A stretch of DNA of 38,524 bases, from contig JBLIRO010000046.1 of assembly GCA_049472335.1 (NCBI GenBank), positions 1 through 38,524 on the forward strand, read 5' to 3'. The stretch comes from a bacterium. GTDB lineage: Bacteria > SZUA-182 > DTGQ01 > JAFGSM01. Under the pieces are notes generated by a model. That model worked only from the letters and a program-made list of their open reading frames with translations. It searched no databases and was not told the origin of the DNA. Positions 9,467 to 18,777 of the stretch are shown piece after piece. Positions within the stretch are counted from its first letter, which is position 1. Each line of letters opens with the position of its first letter. The position numbers were made by a program, and so were the translations under genes.

Positions 9467-10546
9467 ATGGAACAAAAAAATCTTTTATTTACCTCTTTTT
9501 CATTGGCCTTTATAATCATTTTTTTTGGGCTTAGTCTGATTTTCCCTTTAAGCCCGAAAAATCTTCCATGCGCATTGGCCAGCATTGAAAATCCTCCAGT
9601 TCAATCACCCGAAACCCCTGATATTATTGAAGATCAAGCAGCAGAAGAAAAGCGAAAAGAGGCATTGGAAATCTACAAGTTAGGTGAGTTATATGCAAAA
9701 CAAAAAAACTGGGACGAAGCCATAAAGCAATTCCGAAAGGCTTTAAATCTGGACTCCGATTTAGCTGAGGCCCACCTGAATTTGGGGTGGAGCTATGTGA
9801 TGAAAAGGTCTGAATATGATCTGGCCCTTCAGGAAACACTTGAGGCAATACGTCTAAAACCCGATCTGTTTATGGGGTATAGGAATCTCTGGTGGATTTA
9901 CAGACTTCAGAAAAAATACGACAAGTCATTGGAGGCCCTCAAAAAGGCTATTCAACTTGAACCTGGTAATGCCATCAATTATCTTAATCTTGGAGATGCC
10001 TATGTTAATGATACAAGGGATTTTAATCTGGCCGTCCAGTCATATCAAAAAGGATTGGAACTCGATCCCAACAACTTTTACATCCACCGGAATCTTGGAA
10101 AGGTTTACGAGTTTCAAAAAAAGTATGACCTTGCCATTGCTGAACACAATAAAGCCATAAAAATAATGCCTTCGGATCCTTACAACTATCTATTCTTGGC
10201 AGTCACCCTGGGCAAAGCCGGAAAAAAGGATGAAATTCCTCCTCTAATGAACCGTGCCCTAAACTCATTGCCTGAAAATTTAATCATGTCCTCACGATGG
10301 GACGTCCTTCTGATAAAATTTTATACCGGTGATTTGTCAGAGGAAGATCTCTTTTCAAAAGCCGAATTAAACCCTATTAATAAGTGTCAGGCACTATTTT
10401 ATTCAGGTTTAAAACATATACGGGAAGGCAAAAAATCCAAGGGGATTAGGATGCTGTCGGAATGCAGGTCTATGGGAATCGACTCCCTTTCGGAATATGA
10501 ATATTCAAAAACAGAACTATTTTTATTAAACAAACTCAAAGAATAA
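9467..10546 (+). CDS. Exported TPR-repeat protein with an NlpI-like C-terminal region
   Basis: N-terminal hydrophobic segment, about 5-6 TPR repeats (EAHLNLGWSY, NYLNLGDAY, HRNLGKVY), C-terminal CQALFYSG...EYEYSKTEL. Confidence 0.85.
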   Translation: MEQKNLLFTSFSLAFIIIFFGLSLIFPLSPKNLPCALASIENPPVQSPETPDIIEDQAAEEKRKEALEIYKLGELYAKQKNWDEAIKQFRKALNLDSDLAEAHLNLGWSYVMKRSEYDLALQETLEAIRLKPDLFMGYRNLWWIYRLQKKYDKSLEALKKAIQLEPGNAINYLNLGDAYVNDTRDFNLAVQSYQKGLELDPNNFYIHRNLGKVYEFQKKYDLAIAEHNKAIKIMPSDPYNYLFLAVTLGKAGKKDEIPPLMNRALNSLPENLIMSSRWDVLLIKFYTGDLSEEDLFSKAELNPINKCQALFYSGLKHIREGKKSKGIRMLSECRSMGIDSLSEYEYSKTELFLLNKLKE

Positions 10547-10718
10547 TAATCATTCTAATTCACTTTTTGTTTATAATATGTATTATTTTTCATATCATGA
10601 TTTTAAATTCATAAAAAAATATTGTATAAAAAATTTTTCACTTTTTGAAAATGGCTTAACCAATTAAATTTATTGAAACATTCCAATTTATATCCACCCT
10701 TTTTTTGCTATTTTTTTA

Positions 10719-10735
10719 TTGGCACATCCATTGCA
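10719..10735 (+). promoter_or_regulatory. sigma54 (-24/-12) promoter
   Basis: TTGGCAC-ATCCA-TTGCA, consensus with exact spacing, upstream of the Gly-rich gene. Confidence 0.88.
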
Positions 10736-10900
10736 TACGAATCTATCAAGCATTAGTGACAAGTTGCAAAATAGAGTGATAATTTTATGCCTGGTACAGG
10801 AAAGGGGGTGCAAATTTCCCAAAGATCTTGATTCTTTTGAGGGAATTTTGAGATTCAGCGTAAGGCAAGGTTAATTTTAATGATACTGTAGAAAAAGCAT

Positions 10901-11665
10901 ATGAAAGGAAAACGGATAATGAGAGTAAAGCTAATAAGCCTAATTTGGGTCTGTGTTCTTATTATAATAACTCCACATTTAATATCTCCGCATTCTACAT
11001 TTGCATATTATTCTTCCGGTCTGTATGGGGGACTTTACGGCTCCAGCCTGTTCGGCAGCAGCATAGGCACAACAAGCCTGACAGGCGGCCTATATGGAGG
11101 ATTGTACGGTGGGATGTATGGCAGCAGTTTGTATGGCAGCAGTTTGTATGGCAGCAGTTTGTATGGCAGCAGTTTGTATGGTGGATTATATGGCAGTATG
11201 TATGGAGGATTGTATGGCGGGATGATGGGTGGCAGCAGCCTGAGGAGCCTCTACCTTCTCTCTTTATTGGGACAACTTGGCACAACCGGAACAAGCGGTC
11301 TTGATCTCTCAAGCCTTACCGGCCAATCAGGATTGTTTGGCCTAGGCGGTCTTTATGGCGGATTGTTCGGTGGAATGATGGGAATGTATGGAGGTCTATA
11401 CGGGAGCCTTTATAGCGGATTATACGGTGGACTTACCAGTAGTTTATATAGCGGTCTTTCTGGCTTGGGACTATATGGTGGACTATATGGCGGCATGATG
11501 GGCATGGGTGGCAACAGTATCTATAGTCTTTTACTGTTGCAGTCTTTATTAGGGAATCAGACAACAACGACACCGGCCACAACGACTACACCAACTACTA
11601 CCACAACTACTCCCGCGACCACAACACCTGCTGCGACTGCTTCCGGTTTGTGGTATTGGTATTAA
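10901..11665 (+). CDS. Secreted low-complexity Gly/Tyr/Leu/Ser/Met-rich protein with (GGLYG)/(YGSSL) repeats, Thr/Pro stalk and C-terminal WYWY
   Basis: Signal peptide ending STFA|YY; synonymous codon variation among GGLYG repeats indicates selection at the protein level; own promoter and terminator. Start may be 10919. Confidence 0.85.
   Translation: MKGKRIMRVKLISLIWVCVLIIITPHLISPHSTFAYYSSGLYGGLYGSSLFGSSIGTTSLTGGLYGGLYGGMYGSSLYGSSLYGSSLYGSSLYGGLYGSMYGGLYGGMMGGSSLRSLYLLSLLGQLGTTGTSGLDLSSLTGQSGLFGLGGLYGGLFGGMMGMYGGLYGSLYSGLYGGLTSSLYSGLSGLGLYGGLYGGMMGMGGNSIYSLLLLQSLLGNQTTTTPATTTTPTTTTTTPATTTPAATASGLWYWY
11115..11181 (+). repeat. Perfect 15-bp tandem repeat (TGTATGGCAGCAGTT)x4 plus a partial copy, encoding YGSSL
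   Basis: Read directly from the sequence. Confidence 0.95.
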
Positions 11666-11689
11666 GACTATTTATATTTATCTGACAGA

Positions 11690-11722
11690 AAGGGCCGGAT
11701 AATATCCGGCCCTTATTTTTTT
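11690..11722 (+). terminator. Rho-independent terminator of the Gly-rich gene
   Basis: AAGGGCCGGAT-aat-ATCCGGCCCTT stem followed by ATTTTTTT, between convergent genes. Confidence 0.85.
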
Positions 11723-11741
11723 ATTAATCTGCCTGATCCTA

Positions 11742-12830
11742 TTAATCCATCTGACTCGAACGCTCCAGATCAAGGATTTCTCCTCCTGAAGGATATGACT
11801 CTGTCTCTATAGTATCAATGGAAAGGAGCTTCTTAACTATCTCGGAAATCCGGTCCACAGCCTCCTCAACCAGCTTAACATCCGCTAATGTCTCCTGATC
11901 CTCATTTGTCTTTGTCTGGCATAATTTGTCTTCGAAAATCTTTAAAAACCCTTTAATACATGACAGGGGCTGGTTTATATTATGAGCAGCGCCACCGGCC
12001 AAATGTTGAAGCGCCTTCAGTTTTTCCATCTGTATCTTTTTCGCCTCCATCTTTCTCTGCTCTGTAACATCCCGGATTATTCCTTCAATTGCAATCAATT
12101 TATTATTTTTATCATATATGGGGATTCTTTTATCATGCAGCCAAATCCAGCCCCTCCCTTTGCTTTTAAGTCTATATTCTATCTCTGTCCTGCCTTTTTT
12201 ATTTTGAAATCCTGCCAGACCTCTGGCCATCATATCTCTGTTAGATTCGTGTATGAGTTTAAGATAGCCCCGAAGACCCATATCCAATATCTCTTTCTGA
12301 CTATAATGAGTGATCTTTTTCACTGCCGGATTCACATAATCAAATTGATGATCAGAGTTTATTCTATAAATTATATCCTGAGCATTTTCGCTCAACCGAC
12401 GAAACTTCTCTTCAGAAATTCGCAAGCGGTTTTCAAGGGCCCTGATCCTGAGCCTTGTGTTAACCCTAAGAACGAGTTCCTCATTATTGAAGGGTTTTGT
12501 AATATAATCATCAGCTCCTGCCATCAAACCATTTATCTTGTCCTCCTGTCGATTATGACAGGTAACCATTATTATCGGAAGGTCGCGCCAGCGTTTATTA
12601 TTTCTTATATGTTTGGCAATTTCCAGGCCGTCCATCTCACCAAGTGTAAGATCAAGTAAAATGAGATCAACCCGTGGCTCCTTTTCCAGTATAGTTAAAA
12701 CCTTTTTTCCTTCCCTGTCCCAGATTATGTTATATCCGCACCCTTCCAGAAGAAGCTCTATCAGGTTTGCTATATCCGGCTCATCCTCAACAAGAAGAAT
12801 AACCTCTTTTTCATACGCCATTTTTGACAT
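11742..12830 (-). CDS. REC-PAS-HisKA signalling protein lacking the HATPase domain
   Basis: LLVEDE/LILLDL/ADDYITKPF receiver; PAS/PAC (ENAQDIIY, EYRLK...WIWL, GIIRDVTE); H-box AAHNINQPL; the protein ends about 70 aa later. Start 12830 preferred. Confidence 0.85.
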   Translation of the reverse strand: MSKMAYEKEVILLVEDEPDIANLIELLLEGCGYNIIWDREGKKVLTILEKEPRVDLILLDLTLGEMDGLEIAKHIRNNKRWRDLPIIMVTCHNRQEDKINGLMAGADDYITKPFNNEELVLRVNTRLRIRALENRLRISEEKFRRLSENAQDIIYRINSDHQFDYVNPAVKKITHYSQKEILDMGLRGYLKLIHESNRDMMARGLAGFQNKKGRTEIEYRLKSKGRGWIWLHDKRIPIYDKNNKLIAIEGIIRDVTEQRKMEAKKIQMEKLKALQHLAGGAAHNINQPLSCIKGFLKIFEDKLCQTKTNEDQETLADVKLVEEAVDRISEIVKKLLSIDTIETESYPSGGEILDLERSSQMD

Positions 12831-13021
12831 CACAATACCTTTATATGAAAAGGAACAAAAACCATAATGCTTTTCAACCACCCATAATGTTAAATTAATT
12901 TGATTTTAATTACTTATTACTATTATATTTCTTTTCCTTTTAAAAATAAAGAAATATACTCTTTTACTTTATATTTTATCATATTGAGCATTTTTGCCCA
13001 ATATATGCATAAGAAATTATA

Positions 13022-13050
13022 TTGACTTTACACCAAAGCTACCATAAAAT
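13022..13050 (+). promoter_or_regulatory. Putative sigma70 promoter of tatB-tatC-moeA
   Basis: TTGACT-17 bp-TAAAAT. Confidence 0.55.
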
Positions 13051-13102
13051 GTCCTTGTTTTTAAAAATATCAATAACAGCAAGCTGCGGAGAAATAAACC
13101 TT

Positions 13103-13230
13103 GATGATATCATAAAAAAGTCATTGAAAGAGCCTTAGGCGTTTTTTGTCAGAGGTCCTTAGCGCACCGAAAAAGCTTTAGGGTCTTTAACAAAGGTGCT
13201 GAGACGATGAAATGACTTTTAAAATCCATT
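13103..13230 (+). mobile_element. MITE-like element, copy A (more degenerate)
   Basis: Terminal inverted repeats GATGATATCATAAAAAAGTCATT ... AATGACTTTTAAAATCCATT; aligns end to end with the reverse complement of 17380..17511. Confidence 0.75.
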
Positions 13231-13290
13231 AAAGTTCACCATGATAAAATTTTTATCCAAGGATTAAATCCTTAAGAAGGTTAAAAAAAG

Positions 13291-13647
13291 ATGTTTGGCA
13301 TTGGAATGACAGAGCTTATAGTTATTCTTATAATCGCACTTCTTGTAATCGGCCCGGAAAAGCTCCCCGAACTTGCCAAGATGTTAGGTAAGGGTCTGGC
13401 CGAATTCAAAAAGGCTGCAGAAGATTTTCGCAACACTATTCATGAAAACCTTGAGGTAGAAGAAGAAAAGAAAAAACTTCTTCAAAAAACAAGTCAGTTT
13501 GAAAGACGTAAGCCTGAAAAAACAGAGGATAAGGCCGAAGAAAAGCAGGAAAACAGTCCCGAGACCGGAATCGAAGAGGGGCCTATAGCCGACCAGATAC
13601 CGTTCTCCGAATCCGATCCTGAAAACAAACCCGACAATCACGGCTGA
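13291..13647 (+). CDS. tatB: Twin-arginine translocase TatA/TatB-family subunit
   Basis: MFGIGMTELIVILIIALLVIGPEKLPELAKMLGKGLAEFKKA; Glu8 and GP hinge; directly upstream of tatC. Confidence 0.88.
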   Translation: MFGIGMTELIVILIIALLVIGPEKLPELAKMLGKGLAEFKKAAEDFRNTIHENLEVEEEKKKLLQKTSQFERRKPEKTEDKAEEKQENSPETGIEEGPIADQIPFSESDPENKPDNHG

Positions 13648-13649
13648 CC

Positions 13650-14402
13650 ATGAAGCTGAAAAAGATCCAGTTTGATGAAAAGATACCCCTTACATCGCAC
13701 CTCGGAGAAATCCGTTCCCGTCTTATCAGGGTAATCATACTTTTATCAGTTGTATTTGTGATCTGTTTCTATCTTTCCGAATCGATTCTTGATATTATCC
13801 GAGAGCCCATAAAGGGATATAACCTTGTATTTCTTTCTCCAACCGAGGCATTTTTTGCCCATCTCAAACTTGGTTTCTTCACTGCCCTGGCGCTTACGAT
13901 ACCCTTTATATTATATCATCTATGGGAATTTATCTCCCCGGGCCTGAAAATAAAGGAAAAAAAGCATACCCTCCCATTTGTCATTTTTTCAACCATATCT
14001 TTTATATTAGGCGCTCTTTTCGCCTATTTTCTGATTCTACCCCTTGGACTTCGCTTCCTTCTTACCTACAAAACCAACTCTTTAACACCCACTATTACTA
14101 TAGGATACTATATCGGTTTCACTTTTCGCCTCATTCTGGTATTCGGAATAATCTTTGAATTGCCTCTTATCATCTTTTTTCTTACCAAAATAGGAATAGT
14201 GAAGCCTTCTATGTTAACCAAAAACCGAAAATACGCCATATTGATCATTTTTATAGTATCCGCCATATTGACCCCGCCAGATGTGGTCACTCAAATCCTT
14301 ATGGCTGTCCCTTTGATCTTTCTTTATGAAATCAGTGTTATCGCCTGCCGTATGGCATTCAGACAAAAGCAGACTGACAAAGAAAGCACCTCCGGGGAAT
14401 GA
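13650..14402 (+). CDS. tatC: Twin-arginine translocase subunit TatC
   Basis: HLGEIRSRL, SPTEAF, LWEFISPGL...E, FELP, AILTPPDVVTQ, LYEISV. Confidence 0.96.
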   Translation: MKLKKIQFDEKIPLTSHLGEIRSRLIRVIILLSVVFVICFYLSESILDIIREPIKGYNLVFLSPTEAFFAHLKLGFFTALALTIPFILYHLWEFISPGLKIKEKKHTLPFVIFSTISFILGALFAYFLILPLGLRFLLTYKTNSLTPTITIGYYIGFTFRLILVFGIIFELPLIIFFLTKIGIVKPSMLTKNRKYAILIIFIVSAILTPPDVVTQILMAVPLIFLYEISVIACRMAFRQKQTDKESTSGE

Positions 14403-15724
14403 TGTCCGCAGAATTTCTCGACACTTCAAGCCTGGAAAATGCCCATTCAGTGATTAACAGACATATACCTCTAGGCATATCTTCTGAAACTCTTCCTTTA
14501 AGAGCCGCCCTGGGAAGGATCACATCAAATGAATTAACCGCACAAGAAGATCTCCCTCAATTTTCCAAGTCAACTGTTGACGGATTTGCTGTTAGAGCCT
14601 CTGATACCTTTGGAGCATCTGAGGGGACACCCATTTTTATGGAGGTTGTTGGCGAAGTGATTATGGGCACCGGAGAGGTTATGGACATAAAAGGCAATCG
14701 TCTTTTTGTTTCTCCGGAGAAAATTAGCATCTCAGACTATACTGCCATACGAATTCCTACAGGTGGCATGCTCCCGGAAGGCAGTGATGGGGTCGTTATG
14801 ATAGAATATACTCAACCCTGTTGCAATAATAAAGATAAAGGGAATATGATCGAAGTGACCCGGGATATAGCCCCTGGTGAAAATGTGATCCGGGCGGGAG
14901 AGGATATAAGAAAAGGAGAGTCCCTTTTTCCTAAGGGGCATCAAATCAGGACACAGGATATCGGTGTGCTGGCAGGCCTTGGAATGACCCAGGTGCAGGT
15001 ATATCGAAGGCCAAGGATTGCCATTCTTTCCACCGGGCCTGAAATATGCCCTATCGATAAAAAACCAAAAAACGCTCAGGTAAGAGATATAAATAGTTAT
15101 ACCCTGGCAGCAATTGTTTGGGAATCTGGCGGGGACCCTATCTTTATGGGTATCTGCCCCGACAACCTTGACCACATAAAAGATGCCGTCCAATCCGTTC
15201 TAAAAAGTTCAGATTGTGTGCTCATATCCGGTGGAAGTTCTGTCGGCAGCAGGGACTATACCTTTCAGGCCATAACACAACTTGGTCCACCGGGGGTCTT
15301 GATTCACGGGCTGTCCATACGTCCCGGCAAACCTACTATTATAGGGCAATCGGGTTCCGTTCCCATAATCGGCCTCCCGGGTCATCCGGCATCCGCTATG
15401 ATTGTGGCGCAGACAATCGTTAGCCCTCTTGTGCACAGACTGTCCGGGCTCTCACTATCCCCATTGGAGGCAAAAATTCGAAATTTAACAGGAAAAATCT
15501 GGGCAAGATTAACCAGGAATGTTCCTTCACCAACAGGGAAGGAGGACTTTGTTCGGGTTGCCTTAAGCTTGGATCAAAAGCAAAATGGCATAATATTAGC
15601 CACTCCTTTGTTTGGAAAATCCGGGCTCATTTCCACTCTGGTCAAGGCCCATGGAATACTAAGGATCCCAGCGGATTCAGAAGGAGCTTATGAGGGAGAA
15701 GAGGTAGAAATACTTCCTTTTTAA
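14399..15724 (+). CDS. moeA: Molybdopterin molybdo/tungstotransferase MoeA (gephyrin-like)
   Basis: STVDGFAVRASDT, IPTGGMLPEGSDGVVMIE, STGPE, SGGSSVGSRD, IRPGKP, GLPGHP; ATGA overlap with tatC. Confidence 0.95.
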   Translation: MMSAEFLDTSSLENAHSVINRHIPLGISSETLPLRAALGRITSNELTAQEDLPQFSKSTVDGFAVRASDTFGASEGTPIFMEVVGEVIMGTGEVMDIKGNRLFVSPEKISISDYTAIRIPTGGMLPEGSDGVVMIEYTQPCCNNKDKGNMIEVTRDIAPGENVIRAGEDIRKGESLFPKGHQIRTQDIGVLAGLGMTQVQVYRRPRIAILSTGPEICPIDKKPKNAQVRDINSYTLAAIVWESGGDPIFMGICPDNLDHIKDAVQSVLKSSDCVLISGGSSVGSRDYTFQAITQLGPPGVLIHGLSIRPGKPTIIGQSGSVPIIGLPGHPASAMIVAQTIVSPLVHRLSGLSLSPLEAKIRNLTGKIWARLTRNVPSPTGKEDFVRVALSLDQKQNGIILATPLFGKSGLISTLVKAHGILRIPADSEGAYEGEEVEILPF

Positions 15725-15815
15725 AGATCAAAAACTTATAAACAAGCACAAGCTCTAACTTTTTTTGGTTTAGCGGCTCTTTAGTCCTTATTCACCGGAT
15801 CATTTCGCGATCCGT

Positions 15816-17120
15816 CTAATAGACGACTCCATTCGGATCGGTTTTAATGATATAAATATCGGATATACCCTGACTGGCATCGGTAATCTCTCCTGCAACA
15901 ATAAATCCCTTATCAGCAGTCTGATTGATGGAGTATGCATTAACACTGGCAGATCCCCTGAATAATTCAGCATATTCCTTATCCAGTTGCTTCAGCCCGA
16001 TTGTTTTTTTCCAAATATCATTACCTTTGCCATCCAGCTTAATTATATAGGCATCATCGATTCTGATTTTGGAGTATATATACATGACAGCAATGTATCC
16101 ACCATCGGAGGTTTCATGGATAGAATTAGCATTGGCCCCTTTCAATTCTTTTCCCGAAACAAAGGATGCCGCATCTAGATCCTTTGTCTCAAACCTTTTA
16201 TCCCACTCCTTATTCCCTTTATTATCCAGTTTTATGACATAGGCCGCAGTTTTATCCGGCTCGCTGGATGAAATCTGTCCGGCAACAATGTATCCACCAT
16301 CGGAGACCTGCTGGATATCATTTGCTAAACCGCGTCCTTTTTCCCCGAACATCTTTTCCCAGACCTTGTTGCCTTTACTGTCAAGTCTTACTATATATGC
16401 GTCTCCCCCACCCGAGGTGAAAGAATAAGTGGTTCCGGCAAAGATGTATCCACCATCTGAAACCTGTTTAACTGAGTGCGCCCTTGCGGTATCATTCCCT
16501 TTAAACGCCTTCTCCCAAACCTTATTCCCCTTTCCATCCAGTTTTACTATATAGGCATCTCCTTTACCCGATCCTAATGAATAAGTGGTTCCTGCAAGTA
16601 TATATCCGCCTTTTGAGGTTTCCTGTATTGATTGGGCGCTATCCAATTCCTTCCCTCCAAACGTTTTTTCCCAAACCTTTTCGCCTTTACCGTCGATTTT
16701 TATTACATAGGCATCCGCCTTGCCCGACCCAAATGATTGCGTACTCCCCGCAACAATGTATCCACCGTCAGAGGTCTGCTGGATAAACGTAGCATTATCT
16801 ATTTCTTTTCCACCAAATGTTTTTTCCCAAACCTTTTCGCCTTTACTGTCGAGTTTTATAATGTACACATCTGCCTTACCCGATCCGGATGAGAATGTCT
16901 CTCCGGCGATGATATAGCCCCCATCAGATGTCTGATTAATGGAATAAGATTTATCGATACGCTTTCCCCCAAATGTCTTCCCCCACACAATTATTTCGTC
17001 TGGTTTTGATTCAGTTTTCTCAGTCTCCGCTCCCATAACCGAAAATGCCATTCCAAACATCAAGGTTATTATCATTATTATTAAAAAATTAATTTTTAAG
17101 CCTCTCTTTTTCATTTTCAT
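15816..17120 (-). CDS. Secreted beta-propeller-type repeat protein (WEKTFGG...QTSDGGYIVAG...DAY.IKLD..G repeats, about 7)
   Basis: Signal peptide and ~50-aa tandem repeats; ATG 17120 follows GGAGG. Confidence 0.85.
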   Translation of the reverse strand: MKMKKRGLKINFLIIMIITLMFGMAFSVMGAETEKTESKPDEIIVWGKTFGGKRIDKSYSINQTSDGGYIIAGETFSSGSGKADVYIIKLDSKGEKVWEKTFGGKEIDNATFIQQTSDGGYIVAGSTQSFGSGKADAYVIKIDGKGEKVWEKTFGGKELDSAQSIQETSKGGYILAGTTYSLGSGKGDAYIVKLDGKGNKVWEKAFKGNDTARAHSVKQVSDGGYIFAGTTYSFTSGGGDAYIVRLDSKGNKVWEKMFGEKGRGLANDIQQVSDGGYIVAGQISSSEPDKTAAYVIKLDNKGNKEWDKRFETKDLDAASFVSGKELKGANANSIHETSDGGYIAVMYIYSKIRIDDAYIIKLDGKGNDIWKKTIGLKQLDKEYAELFRGSASVNAYSINQTADKGFIVAGEITDASQGISDIYIIKTDPNGVVY

Positions 17121-17228
17121 TACAGCCTCCAAAAAATTCTTGTAAAAAACCAACTAAAATAATAATTTATTATGCTCTGTCAATCAGCAAAATCAATATC
17201 AGATAAGGATTTCCTTTTTACAAATAAA

Positions 17229-17258
17229 AGTATATCTAACGATCATCAATTATGTCAA
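17229..17258 (-). promoter_or_regulatory. sigma70 promoter for the propeller-repeat gene
   Basis: Minus strand TTGACA-18 bp-TATACT. Confidence 0.6.
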
Positions 17259-17379
17259 TGGAGAATATAAAATCTTTAGCATTTAAAGGGGAAATCCTTT
17301 AGAATATAAATTCCGGCTTAAAAAGGTCTGTATCTATCTCCATTGCGGGAAAAAGAAAAATTTGGTATTTTTTAACTTT

Positions 17380-17511
17380 GATGGATTCGTAAAAAAGTCA
17401 TTTCGTCGTCTCCGGGCCTTTTTTGAAGGCCCTAAAGCTCGCTTCGCTACGCTAAAGGCCTTTAACAAAAAATGCCAATGACTCCTTCAATGACTTTTTT
17501 ACGATCTTATC
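17380..17511 (-). mobile_element. MITE-like element, copy B, flanked by the 6-bp direct repeat AACTTT
   Basis: TIR GATGGATTCGTAAAAAAGTCATT / AATGACTTTTTTACGATCTTATC; AACTTT at 17374-17379 and 17512-17517; internal hairpin GGGCCTT-tttg-AAGGCCC-like. Confidence 0.8.
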
Positions 17512-17616
17512 AACTTTACTTAAAAAATCTCAGGTTTAGATATAGATATAAAGTAAAAGTAGCCCCTTTTGCTTTTCCAATGAGAACCTTTAAAGAAGGA
17601 ATATCAGTCATTAACC

Positions 17617-18720
17617 TTGAATAGATTAAATTTTTTCATATTCTTCTTCTTAATATTTTCCGAATTTTTTCTTATACACGTTTCTGCCTATTATATTATA
17701 GTAAAAAGACTTAAACCTTCTTTCAAATGCCAAATTCTTCTTATAATTTTCTTTTGTATATCTGCTTCGATACTTTTTACAATCAGATACTTAAAAGGCA
17801 CCCCTCTCTTTTTCATTTTTGCCATTTATGGCTTTCTCTGGCTGGGGATTATCACCCTTGCAGTTTTGGCATCCTTCCTAGAATATCTCGTAATACTTAT
17901 ACTCAGGGGAGATCTAAAAAAACTGATTGTTATAATTTCAGTCTTTTTTGTTATAATCGCTACCTCATTATATATCTGCCAGCTCCCCCCAATAATAACG
18001 AGAATAGACGTCCCAATTGAATTTCTATCGGAAAGCCTAACCGGATTTTCAATAGTTCAGTTATCTGACCTGCATTTAGAAAGCCGGAAATCAAAGGAAT
18101 GGTTGAAAAGAATCATTAATGCCACCAATGAATTAAACCCTGATTTGATTGTTATAACAGGGGATATTCTAAACAGAGACAGATATGCTCCGGATAAGTT
18201 TTCCGGGATCTTGAAGCAGCTTAAAAGCAAAAATGGAATATATGCGGTAACAGGCAACCATGATCACTGTGCAGGGATATCAAATCTCCTTGAATTCTGT
18301 GGAAACTCAAATATAAAGGTTTTAAGAAATGAGCATATACTTATCAATAATCAAATCGAACTAATAGGGATCGACTATCAAAGAAGAGAGAATAATTCAC
18401 ATAGTAGATCAAATCTGGAGGAGGCTTTAATAGATTGTGATCTTACAAAACCCTCGGTTCTCCTTTCGCACGCACCGAATCATTTCAGGAAGGCTGTGGA
18501 CTCAGGGATCGATCTTCAGCTCTCCGGGCATACCCATGCCAGCCAAGTTCCTCCAATTGATTTGATTTATTTTCTTTTATACCGATATTCATATGGATTA
18601 TATCGCTATAAATCCTCATCTATTTATACTACATGCGGTATAGGGACATGGGGACCGCCAATTAGGCTTTCCTCCCGGCCGGAGGTCGTATTGATAAAAC
18701 TTGTAGCTAAGGAGAAATAA
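17617..18720 (+). CDS. Membrane-anchored calcineurin-like metallophosphoesterase (YkuE/YaeI-like)
   Basis: N-terminal TM helices; SDLH, TGD, GNHD, SHAP, SGHTH motifs; GTWGPPIR; TTG start. Confidence 0.9.
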   Translation: MNRLNFFIFFFLIFSEFFLIHVSAYYIIVKRLKPSFKCQILLIIFFCISASILFTIRYLKGTPLFFIFAIYGFLWLGIITLAVLASFLEYLVILILRGDLKKLIVIISVFFVIIATSLYICQLPPIITRIDVPIEFLSESLTGFSIVQLSDLHLESRKSKEWLKRIINATNELNPDLIVITGDILNRDRYAPDKFSGILKQLKSKNGIYAVTGNHDHCAGISNLLEFCGNSNIKVLRNEHILINNQIELIGIDYQRRENNSHSRSNLEEALIDCDLTKPSVLLSHAPNHFRKAVDSGIDLQLSGHTHASQVPPIDLIYFLLYRYSYGLYRYKSSSIYTTCGIGTWGPPIRLSSRPEVVLIKLVAKEK

Positions 18721-18777
18721 GCATTAAGCAATACCGATAAATCAAAACAATCTTCATGCTGAAGGAATTTTAAAATT

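Noticed and set aside
10797..10822. AGGAAAGGGGGTGCAAATTTCCC resembles part of a cobalamin riboswitch
   Set aside because: The downstream conserved elements (GCCCCCGCAACTGT and the B12 box) are absent, and the downstream gene is unrelated.
11115..11181. Possible CRISPR array
   Set aside because: Head-to-tail 15-bp repeats with no spacers, inside a CDS, and no cas genes.
10945..11312. Alternative-frame ORFs with WQQFV and CCHTN repeats
   Set aside because: By-products of the 15-bp repeat in the Gly-rich gene. Third-position variation, the signal peptide, promoter and terminator all support the 10901 frame.
11982..12659. 225-aa plus-strand ORF and other long antisense ORFs (e.g. 1345-1794, 14732-15193, 18624-19055, 36576-36863)
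   Set aside because: They lie largely or wholly antisense to well-supported genes and have no family motifs; treated as shadow ORFs.
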